The position numbers were made by a program, and so were the translations under genes. A DNA stretch of 64,000 nt from the NCBI GenBank assembly GCA_038087875.1, contig CM075987.1, positions 16,928,001 to 16,992,000 on the forward strand, given 5' to 3'. Positions 60,166 to 64,000 of the stretch are shown one piece after another. Source of the stretch: Malacoraja senta (Eukaryota). Position 1 is the first letter of the stretch. Every line of letters begins with the position of its first letter. A model generated the notes under the pieces. That model was not told the origin of the DNA, ran no database searches, and saw only the letters and a program-made list of their open reading frames with translations.

Positions 60166-62545
60166 CCTCCACATACTGCTTGAGAAAACTCTCCTGAATA
60201 CTTTTGAGGAATTGCACCCAATCTAATCCTTTCATACTTTGATTTTCCCAGTCTATATTGGGAAAGTTAATATCCCCTACTATAACAACCTTATTTGACC
60301 TGCACCTGTCTGCAATCTCCTGTCATATTTGTTCTTCTAATTCCCGTTGACTATTTGGCGGTCTGTAGTACACCCCCAACAAGGTGAACATCCCTTTCTT
60401 GTTCCTCAGCTCCACCCATATAGCCTCACTAGACAAACCGTCCGTAATGTCACCTCCATCTGCACTGGCTCTCCCTTGTCCATTTTCCTAATTACTGCTT
60501 TCCTAGTTTCCTGTTACTGCTATCCAAATGTGCTGCTATTTCATCTTTTATGATTGACTCCAGCATCTTCCCCACCACTGATGTCAGGCTAACTGGTCTA
60601 TAATTCCCTGTTTTCTCTCTCATTAGCCATCCTCCAATCCACAGGAACTGATCCTGAAACTATAGAACATTGGAAAATGATCACCAATGCGTCCACGATT
60701 TCTAGAGCTACTTCTTTAAGAACCCTGGGATGCAGACCATCAGGCCCTGGGGATTTATCAGCCTTCAGTCCCATCAGTCAACCCAACACCATTTCCTGCC
60801 TAATGCGGATTTCCTTCAGTTCCTCCGTCACCCCAGATTCTCTGGCCACTAGTACATGAGGAAGATTTTCTGTGTCCTCCTTAGTGAAGACGGATCCAAA
60901 GTACCTGTTCAACTCATCTGCCATTTCCTTGTTCCCCATAATAAATTCACCTTTTTCAGTCTTCAAGGGTCCAACTTTGGTCTCAACTAATTTTTTCCTC
61001 TTCACATACCTAAAGAAGCTTTTACTATCCTCCTTTATATTCTTGGCTAGCTTACCTTCGTACCTCATCTTTTCTCCCCGTATTGCCTTTTTAGTTATCT
61101 TCTGTTGCTCTTTAAACATTACCCAATCAATAGACAATAGGTGCAGGAGTAGGCTATTCGGCCCTTCGAGCCTGCACCGCCATTCAATGTGATCATGGCT
61201 GATCATCCCCAATCAGTACCCCGTTCCTGCCTTCTCCCCATATCCCCTGACTCCGCTATTTTTAAGAGCCCTATCTAGCTCTCTCTTGAAAGCATCCAGA
61301 GAACCTGCCTCCACCGCTCTCTGAGGCAGAGAATTCCACAGACTCACCACTCTGTGAGAAAAAGTGTTTCCTTATCTCCGTTCTAAATTGCTTACTCCTT
61401 ATTCATAAACTGTGGCCCCTGGTTCTGGACTCCCCCAACATCGGGAACATGTTTCCTGCCTCTAGCTTGTCCAAACCCTTAACAATCCTCTTGCTTCCCG
61501 CTCATCTTTGCTACGTTGTACTTCTCTTTTATTTTTATACTGTCCCTGTCATCCCTTGTCAGCCAAGGTGGCCCCTTACTCCCCGTGGAATCTTACTTAC
61601 TCTTTGGATTGGACTGATCCTGCACCTTCTGTATTATTCCCAGAAATACCTGCCATTGTTGTTCCACTGTCATCCCTGCTAGGGTATCTATCCAGTCAAC
61701 TTCGGCCAGCTTTTCCCTCATGGCTCCATAGTCCCCTTTGTTCAATTGTATCACTGACACATACGGTTTACCCTTCTCCCTCTCAAATTTACCAGATTAT
61801 GGTCACTATCTTCTAATGGCTCATTAACCTCAAGTTCCCTTATCAAATCCGGTTTGTTACACAACACTAAATCCAGAATTGCCTTCTCTCTGGTAGGCTC
61901 CAGTACAAGCTGCTCTAAGAATCCATCATGGAGGCACTCCACAAACTCCCTTTCTTGGGATCCAGTACCAACCTGATTTTCCCATAACAACCATAGCATT
62001 ACCTTTACTACATGCCAATTTTAACTCCTGATACAACTTGCGCCCTATATCCAGGCCACTGTTTGGGGGCCTGTAGATAAGTCCCATTATGGTCTTTTTA
62101 CCCTTTCAATTCCTTAGTTCTATCCATACTGACTCCACATCTCCCGTTTCAAAGTCACCCCTTGCAAGGGACTGAATTTCATTCCACACCAACCGAGCTA
62201 CCCCACCCCCTCTGCCCACCTGACTGTCCTTTCGATAGGAGATATAACCTTGAATATTCAGTTCTCAGCCCTGGTCCTCTTGCAGCCATGTCTCTGTAAT
62301 TCCCACAACATCATACTTGCCAATTTCTAACTGAGCCTCTTCTTATTTCTTATTCTTCGTGCATTCATATACAACACTTTGACTTTGGTATTCACCTCCC
62401 CCCTCGCACCGCTCACAATTGGCCCTGACCTTACTCTCTTATCCCTTCTCGAACTTTCCTTCCCATTAATTCGGGAGACTTTTGTCATTTTTCCTGTACT
62501 CACTTCCCCTTTAACTCCATCTTTATACTCCCAATTTGTCAATCC
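60166..62545 (-). mobile_element. Degraded CR1 ORF2 fragments (EN and RT N-half) with nested CR1 tail 61128-61487
   Basis: 'KVLYMNARRIRNK', 'LEPTREKAILDLVLCN' and 'MADELNRYFGSVFTKED'. Confidence 0.85.
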
Positions 62546-63284
62546 CTCCCCCCCGTCTGCAGAGATGTTGCCTGAGTTACTGCAGCTTTTTGTGTCTATC
62601 TTTGGTTTAAACCAGCATCTGCAGTTCCTTCCTGTATAGGATGCAATGCTAACATTTATTTCGAGAGGGTTGGAATACAAAAACATGGATGTAATGCTGA
62701 GGCTTTCTAAGGCACTGGTGAGACCGCATCTGGAGTATTGTGAGCAGCTTTGGGCCCCATATCTGAGGAAGGCGTTGGAGAGGGTCCAGAGGAGGTTAAG
62801 GAGAATGATCCCTGGGATGATTGGGTTATCATGTGTTTGATGGTAGAGTAGACTTGATGGGCTGAATGGCCTAATTCCACTCCTACAATTTATGAACGTG
62901 AACTGATGACAAAGCATGGCAGGTGATATGTAGATAATATATATGAAGAAGGCTTTTCTTTGGCAAATGGTTGGAGCAAAAGCAGAGCTTTAAACGGAAG
63001 GTGTGAGACAAAATAATTGAAGATTGGCAAATTGTGAAGCTAGAGGAAGGTGGGGGGGCGGAAATAGGTTTGAGTCCAGGTGGAGCCCAGGGAAGGATGG
63101 GGGGGGGGGGGGAGTGAAAGACAGGGGGGGATGTCAGGGAGAAAGGTTAGAATTCTATGTTCATACCTATGAACATTGAATTGTCCAATTTGAGGTAACC
63201 CCTGTCCTTCTCCCCGACACCCCCATCACCTTTCTCCTTTTGAGATCCTGTACATCGGCGAGACAAAGCTTAGATCATTTCACC

Positions 63285-64000
63285 AGACTTCCGGTGGCGT
63301 CATGTTAGACTAACAGACGTGCACCCAGCTCCTCTCCCGAAAAACTTCACGATTTATCGTGTAAAACGGGTCCGAAAATCGGGATTGTTTTTAAAAACCT
63401 TACCGGAGCTTCTGGTTACCGCGCTGATGACGTCATCGTTAAACGCGATGTTTTAAACGGTGGTTTGAAGCCCTTTAAATGAGTAAATTGACTCCAGCTG
63501 TGAGCCCTCAGAGAGCTGTGAATAAGCTGTCGAAAAAGTTTGAAACAGAAGTTACCTCTGAAGTCTCTGAAGTGGCTGCAGAAATGGATACAAGATCTAA
63601 GAAAGACTTTGATGACTTGAAGAAATCAATGAAAAATTTGAAAGATGAGATCTCGGATAATAGGGTGGAAGATAAGAAGGAAATGAAGGAAAATTCGGCA
63701 AGAATGATGGAAGGAATGGAGAAGATGATGAAGGATTTAAATGCTGGTAACCAGAAGAATATGACGGATTTACTGGACATTATGAATAAACGAATTGATG
63801 AGGTGAAAGATGGACTATCAGAGAAAATGGATAAGATGGATGTAATTACTACGGATAAGTTCACGGCTGTACTTGAAACAGTAGCTGCAAGTATGCAGAC
63901 AATTACGGAAATGGAGAAAAATACGGCTCGACTGGTTGAAGACATGGCGAAATTGAGGCAAGAACATGAGCAAATGAGGCGAGAAAACGAACAAGCATCA
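63285..64000 (+). mobile_element. 5' end of a probable L1-clade LINE (CpG-rich 5'UTR + ORF1 start), running off the right edge
   Basis: Begins gacttccggtggcgtcatg. The 5'UTR contains TGACGTCA and is followed by a long coiled-coil ORF. Confidence 0.65.
63479..64000 (+). CDS. Coiled-coil ORF (probable L1 ORF1p N-terminus), 174 codons open to the window end; absent from the ORF track
   Basis: MSKLTPAVSPQRAVNKLSKKFETEVTSEVSEVAAEMDTRSKKDFDDLKKSMKNLKDEI…LVEDMAKLRQEHEQMRRENEQAS with no stop. Confidence 0.7.
   Translation, partial: MSKLTPAVSPQRAVNKLSKKFETEVTSEVSEVAAEMDTRSKKDFDDLKKSMKNLKDEISDNRVEDKKEMKENSARMMEGMEKMMKDLNAGNQKNMTDLLDIMNKRIDEVKDGLSEKMDKMDVITTDKFTAVLETVAASMQTITEMEKNTARLVEDMAKLRQEHEQMRRENEQAS

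Noticed and set aside
4344..62917. Numerous antisense ORFs over CR1 sequences
   Set aside because: Shadow frames of LINE coding sequence, recurring only because the repeats recur.

Overview
Eukaryotic, repeat-saturated DNA, most likely from a cartilaginous fish (skate/ray-like). This assignment is an inference from the repeat families present. Most of the window is nested transposable elements: many CR1-clade LINEs (one with a fully open 964-aa ORF2), a DIRS-type tyrosine-recombinase retrotransposon at the left edge, Penelope-like fragments and their small palindromic derivatives, Rex1/Babar and L1 pieces, tRNA-derived SINEs and two PIF/Harbinger-type MITEs. Four less obvious signals stand out. 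(1) Three divergent CR1 subfamilies each have a U_UUA_AAC slippery heptamer immediately before the ORF1 stop, with ORF2 in the -1 frame and a G-run downstream, suggesting programmed -1 frameshifting. (2) Small TSD-flanked palindromic elements carry minimal hammerhead-ribozyme cores, in one case on both strands. (3) A near-identical inverted duplication (5943-14456 vs 16671-23480) has arm-specific insertions and deletions. (4) Four small phase-1/phase-1 exons on the + strand splice into an open, unidentified host-gene peptide. No prokaryotic features, CRISPR arrays or rRNA are present. All calls were made by eye, and element boundaries without TSDs are approximate.
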